Below are positions 12,882 through 26,586 of a stretch of DNA of 64,000 nucleotides, piece by piece. The notes beneath the pieces are model-generated. The model did not search any database, was not told the DNA's origin, and was given only the letters and a program-made list of their open reading frames with translations. The stretch covers positions 8,866,001-8,930,000 of the forward strand of contig CM120640.1 of NCBI GenBank assembly GCA_051362555.1. Direction: 5' to 3'. Both the position numbers and the translations under genes were made by a program. Positions within the stretch are counted from its first letter, which is position 1, and each line of letters opens with the position of its first letter. The stretch is from Lingula anatina (lineage: Eukaryota > Animalia > Brachiopoda).

Positions 12882-13462
12882 TTAATTGTTTCTTTTTAGA
12901 TCATACTACGATTTGCCAATACCAAAATATCAGTAAATAATTCAGCAAATTACATAGCTTTATTCAGCCTGAAAAACATACATATTTTATGTATCCTCCA
13001 TCTCAGATTATTGCAAATATTAATAGTCCCATTCATATTAAGAAAGCAGACAACAAAGAGCATTGATAATTCCAGATATGTCAGAACAAGGCCACCATAT
13101 ATGTATAACCCTACGTCATAATTACTTTAACAATGTAACAAGTTATTGCCTATATTATGGACTTAGAATGTCATGTATTAAGCACATGCAAGTCTTCTTT
13201 GGTAAAATACAATATACTACAGAATTGCAGACATGAACAAATAGGTTAGGGGATTACATTTCTAATATGTACTTTAAGTGACACATTAAATTTGCTCTTT
13301 GATAAAGAGAAACAGCCTCGAAACAAGGGGTTGTATCGAGACTCCTTGCTTGATATAAGTTAACACGCCATGCATTCAAGTTTTTTTTCCCTTGGGGCAA
13401 GTTTTGCATCTTTTATACTTTTCCTTTCTTGAAATTTGCACTTACATTGGTGCTTTATCCCC

Positions 13463-13493
<31 letters not shown>

Positions 13494-14107
13494 ACAGACA
13501 GATATATTTGATAACCTTATTTTTATTGTCGATGTAATGTACTTTTGGTCTAAATGTTTTTTATGAGGGAGTTTTTTAAAGATGGTTACTGTGGTGCAAG
13601 TAGGGAATGCTAGATGAGTGTTTAAAAAAATTAAAGTATATATTGCAAACAGATTCATTTTGTTAAAAAAGTGGATAATATATTATTTGTTACTTGAAAG
13701 TTAAAACTTGGTGGAATTTCCTTTTACAGGGGGGTGGTTGGACATTTTCAGGATTATATATAGAATTAATAAGGAAGTTTTGTTGCTGGGGGTTTGTATT
13801 TCTCTCTTTTAGATTTGACCCCATAGTTATGTAAGCATCAGCACTTCCTGCATGTACATTCCACCAGTGATTCATAGCTGCATGATCTGAACACCATTAT
13901 CGATGGGAATTCCCCACAACACTTTTACTTCACGTGGGTCCCTTTAAATAATATTATCTTTCTATTCTCCTGTCATCACTGGACATTGAATGGTTATTTG
14001 GACACATTATTGCTGGGGCAATTTCCTCCATGTTCAAAAATTCCACAACACTTATGATACTTGTTATCTTACAAAATGTCTGTAGCAAAATGTTCATTTA
14101 TCATTTA

Positions 14108-14202
14108 TAGTAGTAATAGTAGTAGTAGTAGTAGTGGTAGTAGAGGTAGTAGTAGTAGTAGTAGTAGTAGTAAAAGTAGTACATGTAGTAATAGTAGTAG
14201 TA
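14108..14202. repeat. Imperfect (TAG)n microsatellite
   Basis: tagtagtaatagtagtagtagt...; explains the poly-Ser and poly-Thr ORFs in the track. Confidence 0.9.
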
Positions 14203-15649
14203 AAACTTTTAAAAGTAAAAGCATGATAAAGATAACATTTGTCTTCCTCATGGCCCTCAACAAGAAAAAAATACTTGAAAATTAAAAGCAATGACAATTT
14301 TTTTCATAACCTTAGTCTTTACTTTTTGAGGAAATCTAAGTAGGCTTATATACATCTTCATTAATATGTCTTTTATGATCACCCCCAGAGTCTCATAAAG
14401 CTGTACTGCCCAGGGAGAAACCCACTGAGGTCCACTTGGGGACAAGTCTTACTCTGTATCTGAATTCATGAATGGCTATTGACTTTGGATATTTACACGC
14501 AACCCTTGTTAAAGAGAACAGAACCTCTGTTTGTGTTGTTTGTAAAAAGTAAGGTGAAACCAGGAAGATATATAATTTATAAACATTAATGTGTTCATGT
14601 ACCTATGTAATAGCTTTGAACAAAAAAAGATTAATGTGAAGGGTTAAGGCGATTATCTTTTGAACTGCAGGTTTCAGTCTAAAATGTACACAGTGGTAGT
14701 GCTGAAGTTATAGTGTAAAAATATACCTATATTAGCAGAGTAAGTAACCTGATTAGATATGTTTGAGTATTGCAGGAAAAGAATTTTGGGGCTTTGTTTG
14801 TTCTGTTCTGTTTTCTCCTTTTTCTCTCTGTTTTCATGGTTAAAGTGGAATGTAGCACATTAATCCCCCCCCCCAAAAAAAAAAAAAAAAAAAGATGAGT
14901 GGGTTCAGAGAGAGAGTCAGAGTGAAGGTCAAGGTACCAGCCTCCACCCTTATATAAAAAATAATTATTATAATAATAATAAATAATGATAAATAAATTA
15001 TAAGATATAGAATTGAAAAAATGGCCAAAAAGGTCGCTTATCCCCTAAGGTATCACCATCCCCTTTTTTTTCCTGCAAAATAATCCAACTCTTTGTTATA
15101 TTTAGAGTTGAAGTATTTCTGATTTGCCATTTGAACTCTTTGGTGTGCAACTGTCTCTACCATTATGAAAAGCATATTTAACATGTTTCTAAAAATTATT
15201 TGTATGTTTTCCTAAAATATTACCAAATAGTCTTACGATACAAATTTTTACATGGTGTCTATTGTGGCATATTAGATAGTGCTCCTGAGTTAGATAGTTT
15301 GTGGTAGCTCAAAGCATACCAATATCTAAAAAAGCTTGCATGTTTTAATCTGGTGGTTACAGTTATTCCCAACAACCACAGAATAAAATAGGGGTACAAT
15401 GAACATGAAAAGTCATATGTGACTAAGGGCAATTCATCGGATTGACACTTATTGTGTCTTCCATTTTACATTACCTGTCCTGCTAAATATCTGCCATTTT
15501 GGGTTTCATGGTTACTGTAGAATCAGATCATGTAACAAGAATATTAGTGGTTGAAAAGATTGTGCTGAACTTAAAAACCCCATAATATTGCAGATGTATA
15601 AGTATGGGTTCAGACAAGGTAAATTACAACCAGACTGAAATAGTTCTAC

Positions 15650-16075
15650 TGTCTTCTTTTTCAAGTGTCAGGCCTGCTGTAGGCATTGATGATCATGGTC
15701 CTCCAGTTTACTCTATTTTCATTCACTTGGATGAGTATGGTGTTGATATGTTACAAAGGCATTAAGGCTGTCAATATACTAGTATGATTTTTTGTCTTCT
15801 TCTACTTTTTCTTCTTTCTATTTTCCCACAGAATATAAGGTTTTCAGTTGTTTCTTTTTTGATGGTATGACCCAGAGATTTTGTTTGTTTTATCCTGATT
15901 TTCATCAGTTAGCATTATAATTGTATTCCTGTAAGTTGTAATACTTCTCCGTTTGTTTTCTGTCTGTCCAGGATATTCTCAACTATCTTCCTAAGTACCA
16001 CATTTCCGTAGCTTTCAGTTTCTTCTTAGTGTTACTGGAGATATTTCGGCATTCACTGCCAGTTCTACTGAAGTA
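15650..16075 (-). mobile_element. Degenerate RTE-clade LINE 3' fragment
   Basis: The minus strand reads KKKLKATEMWYLGR*LRISWTDRK, then after a frameshift TNGEVL...LGHTIKKETTENLIFCGKIERRKSRRRQK. This matches the RTE C-terminal motif EMWxxRRMLRISWxxxxTNxEVL...GH...GKIEGKRxRGR. Stops and frameshifts are present. Confidence 0.7.
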
Positions 16076-19000
16076 TAGATTAAACCTTTGTTCAAGGAAT
16101 CAATTACATATAATATATTTTGAACATCCCACTAATTCCAATACTTCATTAATTTTTATTTTCAAGCTATACATGTACATCCAACACTTTGTTATATGGT
16201 GGGAGGGGGAAGGGCACGAAACTAAAACTAAAAAAAAAAGAAAAAAAATTGCTGTGCGACACAAGACAAGTTATAAAACAGTGATGTGGACATTTCATTT
16301 TGATGTATAGGGCACAGGGATGGAATAAAATGCTGGGTTTTGTCTTGCTTGTTTTTCCTTTTTTTTGTGGACTGAAGAGAAACTTGTCTGTGTTTGAATG
16401 ATTATAATGATTATATAAACCATGCCTTTCACATATCATTATTTAAATTCACAAGATATTCAAACAATGTGCAACAACAAGTATGTATAAATTCATTAAA
16501 TGCAGTACGTATTTGATTGATACAGTGGATATGGCTGGAGCTACCTTTTAAAATAATACGGACTATTTATTCGTTATATGAAGCAGAAAATTACACAATT
16601 GTATTACTAGGGGTACATGTGGGTCTGATAAAAAAACAGGACTTGGTTGCCTACTGTCCCAGCAATAGGCCCAGATTGGATTCTGCTTGCTAAAGGTTAA
16701 AGTCTACCCAGTGAAAAACCTGACAATTTCATACTATTTGAAGCTGAGCACCAACAAAAATATTTGCATGACCTGTGAACATGCGTGTCAGTTTTTTTAG
16801 ACAGAATAAACATCTTGCTGCAAGTTTTTAATCCCAGCATAGGCACAGAACGAGTAGAACTGATGTGGCAGGGGTTGATGTCAGAAGGTGCCTTTAGGGG
16901 GTTTCAGTTAGTAAAGAAATGTGTGTGTGTGGGGGGGGGGGGGGGGGGGTATCACATTTGCCGTATGGTGGATTTATTGTTTTGTAACCAGACAGATATG
17001 ATATCCAGATTACACTTTTAAAAGAATAAAACCCTGTTTTATAAACTGAGAAGCATTTTCAAATATCTTCATCATAATAAGGCTTAAAGTTATTTTGAAT
17101 ATCTTCTTCTAAATTTTTTAAAATTTTCATCAGAGAGCAAGGTTATAGTGTTGCTTTTACCTAAATGTGAAGAATTTTGGCTAAAAGCCGTTCTTTGTTT
17201 TCAAGTATTTTTTGCTTTTGTTTCTCTTCTCCCATTTTATTAGAAAACTGCAGTTTAAAAATATGCAACACAATTCTGAAAGGGTTTTTATTTTATTTTT
17301 GTCACAGACTACAAACTTGTGACAGTGTAATATGCAAATGTCATACATGTACCAGTAGATATATTTCATGGAAATGCATTTGTGAATTTTTAAATTGTTC
17401 TTTTGTTTGCCATTAGCTTTGCAAACGGGTAAACTACATATGTCACTGTCTGGCAGTTAAGTACCCAGTAAAGGAAGTCAGAAGTATACCAGGTAAATAG
17501 GCAAAATGTCAGTCTGTTTGCAATTTCATTGAAGTAATAAATGGCAGAAGGATAAGATAAAAACATGCAATTGTTCCTTGTATACTCCAAATTCCTAATA
17601 TGTCACATATCATCTTTGCTACTATAATGAAAATACTTTAGGATAGCTTTGAAAACATTTTGATAAGATTGATCGACTTCACACAATCTGAAATGCCATG
17701 CTGCTCATCCGTTGACCTGCCCCCCTGGAGTTTATTTGAAGTTTGCTGAATGATACAATAGCAGTGTCATGGTCTGGTAAACCACACATTTTACTACAAC
17801 TGATTAAACATATGTCTTTTTTTAGCTTTGTCATGTTGTGCCTTTCATCTCAGGTTATTCTTGTCAAATAAATATATAACCCTAAACCCAAACCTGTAAC
17901 ACTTAAGAATATTGTAAAATTGAGTTAATGAGAAAAATATTTCAATGAACATATATTTGAAGTAGCTCAAAGCCAACAGCTTTTTATGATAAAATAGTTG
18001 CCAGCCAAAATTAGATAAGATGTATCTATTGACACCCATTATCTAAAACATGAATACCTAATCTACATATTGTCAACAAAAGCATTGCAAGTATGGGGCT
18101 GGGTAAATTCAGGTGTCTTGTCTTCACATTCCTATCACTGAAGTGCCCTGTTCTATCTCTGTAACCAGTATAAAAATACATGACCTGCAATTGTTGTCTG
18201 AAGCATTCAACTTACTCCAGATGCCAAAAAAATGTGTCTATTTACGTAGTGTTAGTAGATCAAAAATAAAATGTTTAATAGGTATATACAGTACATGCAT
18301 GCATGCACTTACACGTGTGACAAGCATTACGCGTTGTAAAATATATATATAGCATGCTGTGTTTGCATTAGTACAAAGAATTTAGACTTGTTTGTGATGT
18401 TGTATTGAACCAGCATTTTTTCATTCTTACTGAAGTCAAAAACACTATTGACTGCATGAGGAAGTTATTTCTGATTGGCTGATACTTATTCATTATTCTA
18501 CACATGAAAGATGGATTGCCTTTTGGGGATTTTTGCACCATTTCCCATAATTCCATCAGGATAGGCATATAAATATATTTTTCTTTAGGCCTGATAAAGC
18601 TGTATGCTGAATGTTAATGTTCTTTTAGTGAATAAGCTGATGTGCCAAAAGCTTGGTATTAGTAATTTAGCTAGTCATGCTTACTTATTTGAACATTTGA
18701 GATATGAACATAATCTGCTGAGAAAGATGTATAAAATGTGCTGTAATAGTAAAGCATTATTAGAATTGGATAATGCAGTTGATTTCTTAATTTGCATGCA
18801 TGAATAGGTGGTGATAAAATGTGTTTTTGGTGGTGACAATATTTGCTCTTATAGGTGTTAGATTGGTCGAGATCAAATTGTACAAAATCACCAATGTAGT
18901 ACAAATTATGCATGTCAGCATGACATTTTCTTTAACTTTACAGATTAATACATCAGGTGAACATTTCTTTTATTAGCATGTTTTCTTGCATTCTTTAAAG

Positions 19001-20398
19001 AATTCATACAAAAACATGGCACATTGCCTGGGACATACTGACGGTAGAATAAAGGTCAATGAATCAATCAATCCAGGGCAGACCGTCATTCCATGATGGA
19101 GGAACCCCTCCCTGAGCCGTCTCTACAATAAAGGTCACTAGTAATGTTTAAAGGTGCAAAAAAGTCACAAGTGCGTAAGAAAAGTATGCATGCTCTCAAC
19201 ACAGACAAAGCACACTGCATCGAATATTTGTAGTTGTACATGTAATATTGTATGCTTATTAGCATAGGCTGGACCAATGTCAGCATTTTAATGGTCTTCG
19301 AGAAGTCTTGTGGTCTTGTGCAAACAATTGGGATAAGCCTGTAAAAATGCATAAAAGTGATAAAGAATCTTAAAGATTGTGCGAGACATAAAGATCAATG
19401 CACCAGGTCAGGTGTCAGGACAGAGTTGATAAAGATAAGAAGCAGTTATTCAAATTTAGAATGTAAATTGCAAAATAGTTGGGTTTATTTTGTGTTCAAA
19501 CAAAGGTTTGATTGAGGTGAAACCTAATTTAAAATAAGGGATTTAACTGAAATGCTTTTTACAGCAAAGTTTAGTTTTTAGTTTTAAGAGAGTTGAGATC
19601 GACCTCCATCTTACTATGTGTACTTCAGTGGCTTAAGTTCAATATTTCATCTCCATAACAAACTAGAACAATTATTGTCAATGAAAACTTTTTTATTAAA
19701 ATTCAAAATACTTATAAAAATATCTACAATTGTCTTTACAGTGAACACAAAAATGGACTGAAAACATTCAATTAATTATGTACAAGACAGTAACTTTGAC
19801 GTGACAAGATGATAACTGAAATGGTAATGGAATAATGATAATAATTATCACAGCCATACCCACCACCTTGTTAATTTACAATACAATTATAGCTCACTGG
19901 GATTTCTTAAGGACAACATTAATGGTCAACAAAAAACATTAAAATTGACCATATGACGGCCATACAAACTGTAACCACCATGTTGTCATGGTGATTGTAA
20001 CAGACTTGCAAACATGTGCAAAGTCCAACATCTGCTCCTTGTACAGGAGGGTGTTTGGTAGTACAAGTACACACTTATACAAAAATAAAAAAGACATTCC
20101 CATATATACATAAACTTTGTGCTCTATATGAAATTTTCAATTTCAGTCATAAAGGCAAAACAAAATGGAATGAGCCTTTGAATCTAATGTCTAAATGTGG
20201 TAACATTTCAAATGACCACATCATATCTTTAAAAAATATTTGATCACAAGCATTTGATCATAATACAGCCAAATAACAAATAACTTATGTACACTTGTAT
20301 TAGGCTCCTTGCAGTCCAGCTGCTATATCTCATCCAGGAATATTTCACAAAGTAGTCTGTCTTTTAAGTCTTTCAATCTGCTCATTTGTCTCCTGTCT

Positions 20399-23300
20399 TT
20401 ATGCTACCTGCCAGCCATGTGCATTTTTACCAAATTTGTAGACAAGACGACGACCATCAACTCGTTCCAAAATTCCACGCTTGTAGTAATACCTAGAAGA
20501 AATAGAAGAAAATATGGACATGAATGTAAGGCACAGATGATAAAGTATGATTAATATCACAGAGCACAGTCCACAGTAAGCAAAGCCAGGTTGGATTAGA
20601 TGAGAGAGGAGGGGCAGCGGATATACTAAATAATATCAAGCTAAAAATAGTATAACTAAATAAAAAAATAAAATTATTATAACTTCCAAATCAATCTGTT
20701 TTTAAATGACTTAAAAAGGAACACCTCAACCTCTTTCTTCTATTATTATATTAAATATAAAAAAGGAATAATAATAATAATAATATTTTAATGCCAATCA
20801 GGCCACACCATGGAATAACTGTTATAAGGAGTTAGTAACTGACCATAGCTGCAATGAAGGGAAGGTTAAATATCTAATTTTGTGAAATAAACTATATCAT
20901 GCTCACATGCAGCTAAGAATTAGTCAATACTAGTCACACGCCCTGTATTCAAGCCATGTTAGGGAGCAGTTAGTAGTAGACACTGTCATCAAGCCATATC
21001 TTGAAAATAAATTTGATATTAACCTAAGATTAAGCGCTGACCCCTGCCATCTCTAATCCTCCATCCAGCCAAAGGCCTTTGGCCCAAATTTGAAGCATAA
21101 TTTCTTGGGGTACTTTCCATCTTTAGGAACCTCAGCAAAATACCCAGCTGATCGGGAAAACCTGCCAGGTTAGAAAAAAAATAACACCACCATCATATTT
21201 TGGCCATAACCAACTAGCAGAGCCCTCTGCCAGCCAAGGGACCACCTAGCTGAATTTTCTCCCTTAATGGTTGCATCTATGCCAAGAGAGAGACAACATT
21301 TACTGGGGAAAAATGCAGGTCATATTAACCAATTACCATACATGCCACATTACAACAACAAAAACAGTACTCCAATTACAACAAGCATCCCACTGCTACA
21401 CCGATATATGTATAGTATATTCCATTACCCTGTTAACCACATTTACCATAACCATCTGTAACATTTCTCTACAAGTTGCTCCGAGCTTCGAAATTATAGG
21501 CACCACTTGCAGAGACTTTACAGTTTTTTCTCCCAAATAACCCATGCTCCATAAACCAAATTTCCAACACCTTTTATCAAAACTCACCTCATAGCTCTGC
21601 TCAACTTCTCATAAGTCATTCCTGGATTGTTTTTCTTGCGACCCCACATAGCAGCTACAGCTTCTGACTGAACAAAGCGGAAGACGCCATCTTTGCGGTC
21701 CTCCCACTTAATGAGTCTTGGGCAGTACATTGAGTTCTTAAGGATATCACGTATGAACTCCCAGAGATGATTTCCCTTTGCACCTGGAGTTAGAGAATTA
21801 AAATATAATAAATTCCATTATCAATACTTTTAAAAAAAGGAACATTTTTCAAAAAACTTTTTAATCTTCCAAAATTTTTGTTTAAGTTTGAATTTTTGGT
21901 ATCTGTTCAGCATAGTGAAAAATCCACTTACTCTGGCCTGGTCTACGCCCCCTGTTCTGTGTTGGTGAGTACTCCCCATCTGATCCATCTTCGCTGGAAA
22001 CACTTTGGCGAGGTTTCTTTGGTGGCCTTCCAGGGGGCCTGCGTGTGACTTTTCCACTGCCTGGTTGGGTGGGAGGCAAAATAGAAGTTATAGGTGGATA
22101 CTGTTCAAAAACCTCTGGGTAACTTGTCTCCCCCCTTTGCAGAGACTCTGAGTCAGAGTAGTCTAAAAATAAATGAGACCAAAATGATTAACTATTTTGT
22201 TTTGATGTGAGATCTGGCTTGCCTACATCTAACCACAAGTTGAGGAAATAATGTGTACAACACTTCATTGATGCTGCTAAACAGGTCCTGTAAATCACCT
22301 AATTCATGTTCAAGTGAAATATTAGCATAATCCTCACCTTTTTTATTCATACATATTTGGCACATAAACAAATCATTATATTAACATACTCAACTTAAAT
22401 GTCCACAAACTACACCTACCTGTGGTTGTGTTGTATCCTTCATCTTGGACCTCTGGGAACATATTAGGGTCAAAGTCATACTCCCTATCTCCAATAGTGT
22501 AAGTTCTCATTTGCTGCTCAAAGCTTGATAACATTGTACCTGTAAGACAATAAAAAAGATAAAGACCTGTGATATCAGAGTCTTAAGCCATACAACGTGC
22601 ATGATAAGGCCTGACATAGCTAATGCACTAACTGTGACTCGGCACTCTGCCATTAACTGTCTGAGTCATTGATCATTATCCACTGATATATTCAGGTCTG
22701 ACTGACTTGTCTTTTACTGTCTGTAATCTACTGCATGCTATAAGCTGTGCAATCAAGATCATCTTTTCTGTCCTCTGTTATTACAGTGACTGAATCAGAC
22801 TTACCATCAAACTTTGGCTCATATTTTGTCTCATTTGTCTCCATCTGTTGCATTGGGAGTCCTGACAGCATGGGAGCTTCGTTGAAAAAATCTGGCTTGC
22901 TGAAGTTGGCTAAAAAAAATAAATAAATAAATATAGCATATTAATACATGTCCTTCTACTGAGGTATTTTTAAAATCTACTGTAACTTTGCAATAAATCC
23001 CAAATATTTAATAATTTAATCTTTTGTAATCTTTTGTAAACTCTAATAATCCTGAACAAAAATAAATACATAAAACAGAATAAAAAATGTTACCCACCTC
23101 CTCTTAGGAGTTCATGGAAAAGGTCAAAGAGCTTCATTCCATATTCTGGGACAAGTCTCTCAAAATCTACACTGCTGAGTTGGCACAACTTGGCCCCAGT
23201 CATATTCTGGAAAGCTTCTCCCCTGAACCTGCAGAAGTCAACCTCCAGCTTGCCAGCAACATAGTAGACCCAGTCCAGGACTTCAGACGATGTCCAGTTC

Positions 23301-24161
23301 TTTGGATGTTTTGTTATCCAACTTAGAAGATTGCTCTGCATCTCTGTTTTAGTAAAAAGAAAAAGGTTAATATAGGTTGAATAGTGTCAATGTTACAAAT
23401 ACTCAGATTTGATTTTTCTTTTACAATGACACATGTCATTAAAAAAAGTGTAAGTTTAGTCACTTATGCAATTTTTTTACCTCTGGTATATGCATACTTA
23501 AGATTCCTACCACCACCTTTGATTACTGTGTTGCAGTGAGCCATTACAATGATCAAGTGATTGATATAGGGACATGTAAGTCATTTCAATGGATTGAACT
23601 GAAAGTGAAAACGTGACTAATCTACACACTTCAGACACTTTCACTTACTGTCTTCAGTAAAACAATTAACATCACTGGTCAGTGAAAAATTATCATGTGG
23701 GCAGATTTGGAAAGTAAAAGTACAATAAAAAAACAGACCATTGTTCACTGAAATGCAAACAAAAACTGATTCAGTGGAGTGTACAATGTCTTACCTGTGC
23801 TGGGCAGGGACTTCTTTTGTGGTAAAATTTGATCGTTGTTCATGGGCTGCAAGCACTCGTAGCTCATTGATTCATCATCAAGGGACTCGAACTTCATTGG
23901 CTGAAGGGCTGGCTTGCTGCTTTGGTAGTCCATGTCATAAAATCCAAGATCTATGTTGTCACAAAAGATTGAACTGTCGTCGCACAACTAAAAAGGAAAA
24001 CAAAAAGACATGAAATGAAAGTGAGTGTTGAAAATGAATAAATAAATTAAATTAAACTTAAGTTGCCTTGTATATATTGAAATTGCTTAAGTATAATATA
24101 AAGTAGGAGCAAAAAAGAGAAGACAGTCACTTACCGAATGTACAGGGCTTGTGTGAACCAT
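20399..24161 (-). CDS. ESE-subfamily ETS transcription factor (EHF/ELF3/ELF5-like) with PNT/SAM and ETS domains, ~403 aa
   Basis: complement join(24161-24135,23987-23795,23343-23098,22909-22805,22539-22420,22162-21932,21783-21588,20492-20399), phases consistent (1212 nt). PNT: [17 protein letters not shown]...[13 protein letters not shown]: [85 protein letters not shown], typical of ESE factors. A likely 5' UTR exon has its donor at 24570. Confidence 0.92.
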
Positions 24162-24802
24162 ATTGAATATCTTAGTCTTTGTCTGCAAAAATATACATAA
24201 TTATGTTAATGACATGTTATTTGCAGAAATTATCTATGCATTCTCTTAAGATCTCACTTGTAGATCTTGGTATAGAATTCCAGACAAGATTATTAATTAT
24301 AGGATTTTATTGTATATCTTATCTATCTTATCTAGATGTAAGTACCAACTTAAATTACAGTAGTTATGATTTGACAGAGGGAGTAGCCCACGTACAGTAT
24401 CTTATAAATACATATCTACACCTGCAACCACGCGCGCAATATGATAATATGTTATTTGTGATGTTTCAATTGTACTTTGATACATAATGAAATATAATTG
24501 CAGCAATTTTCTTTTTCGCCGTATTTAAAGGCAATTGAATAGAATTAAAAATAAAAAGTCCATTATTTACCTTAAAGTAAGCAACTCGTAAATCTTGAAT
24601 CGTTTGCTCGTACAATCCTTGGTGCCACTATTAACCCTTAAATCATTAAAAAGTTTTGGTAAGTTCTTAACACCACGTCTTACTCGTTCGCTTTTGAGTC
24701 ATGAATGTAACTCTTCAGACCAGAAACCGATTATAAATTCCACGAAAACGAAACGTCATAAGAAATTGGAAGGGGATTCCCCTTTTCCTGCTTTTCTACC
24801 CT

Positions 24803-24829
24803 CTGATTGGCCAGAGCTCCACCAATCAG
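24803..24829 (-). promoter_or_regulatory. Inverted pair of CCAAT boxes upstream of the ETS gene
   Basis: CTGATTGG (24803-24810) and CCAATCAG (24822-24829) lie ~230 bp upstream of the putative first-exon donor. Confidence 0.4.
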
Positions 24830-25454
24830 CGTGCTGTATATGCTGGATAATTGACAAAACATGCTCGTCGCCCACTGCGGCAAAGCCAAGTACTAAAAAT
24901 AAATCGATTCTGCGTAAACAGCTCCATAGGTCATTCCTTATATGGCACATAGTGCTTAGTAGTACCTTCACTTTCACTGCACCGCTCTCAACAATAAGTG
25001 CTATACATTTGAGCGCATAAGGCCAAAAGAAAATGAAGAAGATAGTGTATGAAGATTTTGCGTGTTAAACTTACTTCACGTTTGTTATATGTTTGAAAAT
25101 TAATTAAGTTTTCAAGAGTACAAATGGTGCTCGTACATTCAAAACGTTTTTTTATCCGTTATCAAATGCAAATGACAGTTTGTGAGTGCTGCATATTCAT
25201 CTCTACTGGTCTCTAATGGGCCGTTTCCTGGTTAAAATTGAAAATTATTTCATGATCTTTCATTATAGTCCGTCTCTCACTGCCCCCCCCCCCCCTCTGC
25301 CCACATATCCCCCGTCTTTCGGTTTTTCCAAGTCTTCGCATACCTCTACAAACTGTACGCTGCTGTGGGGCACCCTCCCCATTCCGTTCCTCTATGGTCA
25401 GTGGTCACTGGTTTGAAAAGAAAATGACTAATTGTGATATCAAACCTGGATATA

Positions 25455-25746
25455 CAGGGGCGGATCCGATATTATTTGAAGGGGGGGGGGGTCCGCAGAT
25501 GCGAAGCCGACCCTCCCTCCCGGTCGCCCCACCCCCCACCCCCACCCCCGCCTCCCCCACATTGGCGTGGGGTTCGGGGCATCCAAAATTTTTGGTATTT
25601 TAGAGGGCGAACGGTGCCATTTGGTACGGTTTAGAATTAGCTCTATGATTCAGCTAGTCAAAATTCTCATTTCAAGAGGGGACCAGAAATCGAAAGGGGG
25701 GGGGGGGGTTAGGAACCCTCCGATCCCCCCTCTCAATCCGCCACTG
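25455..25746. mobile_element. Non-autonomous hAT-like (hAT5-type) MITE, copy 2
   Basis: CAGGGGCGGAT...ATCCGCCACTG TIRs with a 5-bp TSD ATATA (25450-25454 / 25747-25751); internally homologous to 566-874. Confidence 0.75.
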
Positions 25747-26266
25747 ATATATGTGTTACGTTTCACCTGAAAATGATAAGCAATAATATATGATTTTAAA
25801 GATAAATATAATGCATTGCCCGCCTTGATTGTTCATGTCACGCCCTGTTGGGATAAATTCGCCTTTGTGAATTATTTTATTGTTTTTAAAAGACGACAGA
25901 GAATGCAGCGCCGAACATTATGAACCACACATTATCTTCATCGTCAATGCTGCAGGATACTGTAAAGACGTAACGATCAATAATATCTCTGGAAAAAAGA
26001 GCACATGGAAATTACGGGCGATCATCTCTAGGGCATTAGGCCTACTGTATCTGAAAGTATGAAAAGGGGTAAAACAGGATTTTTGATTAAAGGCATAAAA
26101 TATTGTCTATTCACAGGCGTACATGTAGAGGGAAGAAGGGGCGGTGTATGTGTGTGGTTGGGAGGGGGGTGTCATCCCCTTGTTTCTCCTTTCAACCACG
26201 TCAAGTCACGCACTTTGTAAAGCCAAATATTTCCTTAAAATATAAAATATAAACCCCAACACTTAA

Positions 26267-26586
26267 AGGGATAATAACTCGTATGAGGTCTATATTTCAC
26301 AATAAAAACTCACAGAAATATAATATATTCTGTTTTACGACAAAAACAGCAGTTATAGCTATTATTCTGATATCTGAGCATGTCTTCAGACCACGTGACC
26401 TCCATTGATGGCTATACTCTGTTATAATCTCTTAAGAGATTTTAACAAAAAACAAACTTTTTAGAAAAAAACAGGGACTAACTTTGAATGTAAAAATGGA
26501 TTCATTAACCATTGGTAAGTATAGGAAAATTGTTGTTTACTCCAGGAAAATTCATTTTTTGGCCAAAACGAAGAGTTATTATCCCT
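26267..26586. mobile_element. TTAA-flanked MITE (Kolobok-like)
   Basis: TTAA|AGGGATAATAACTC ... GAGTTATTATCCCT|TTAA: a perfect 14-bp TIR plus TTAA TSD. AGG termini with TTAA fit Kolobok. Confidence 0.7.

Noticed and set aside
19075-19420. SINE-like looking segment
   Set aside because: No A/B boxes, tail or TSD could be identified; unsupported without a repeat search.
9032-19600. Possible hidden gene between SLC37A4 and the ETS gene
   Set aside because: No chain of phase-compatible exons or recognisable peptide was found, only AT-rich DNA, microsatellites and TE scraps. A non-coding RNA cannot be excluded.
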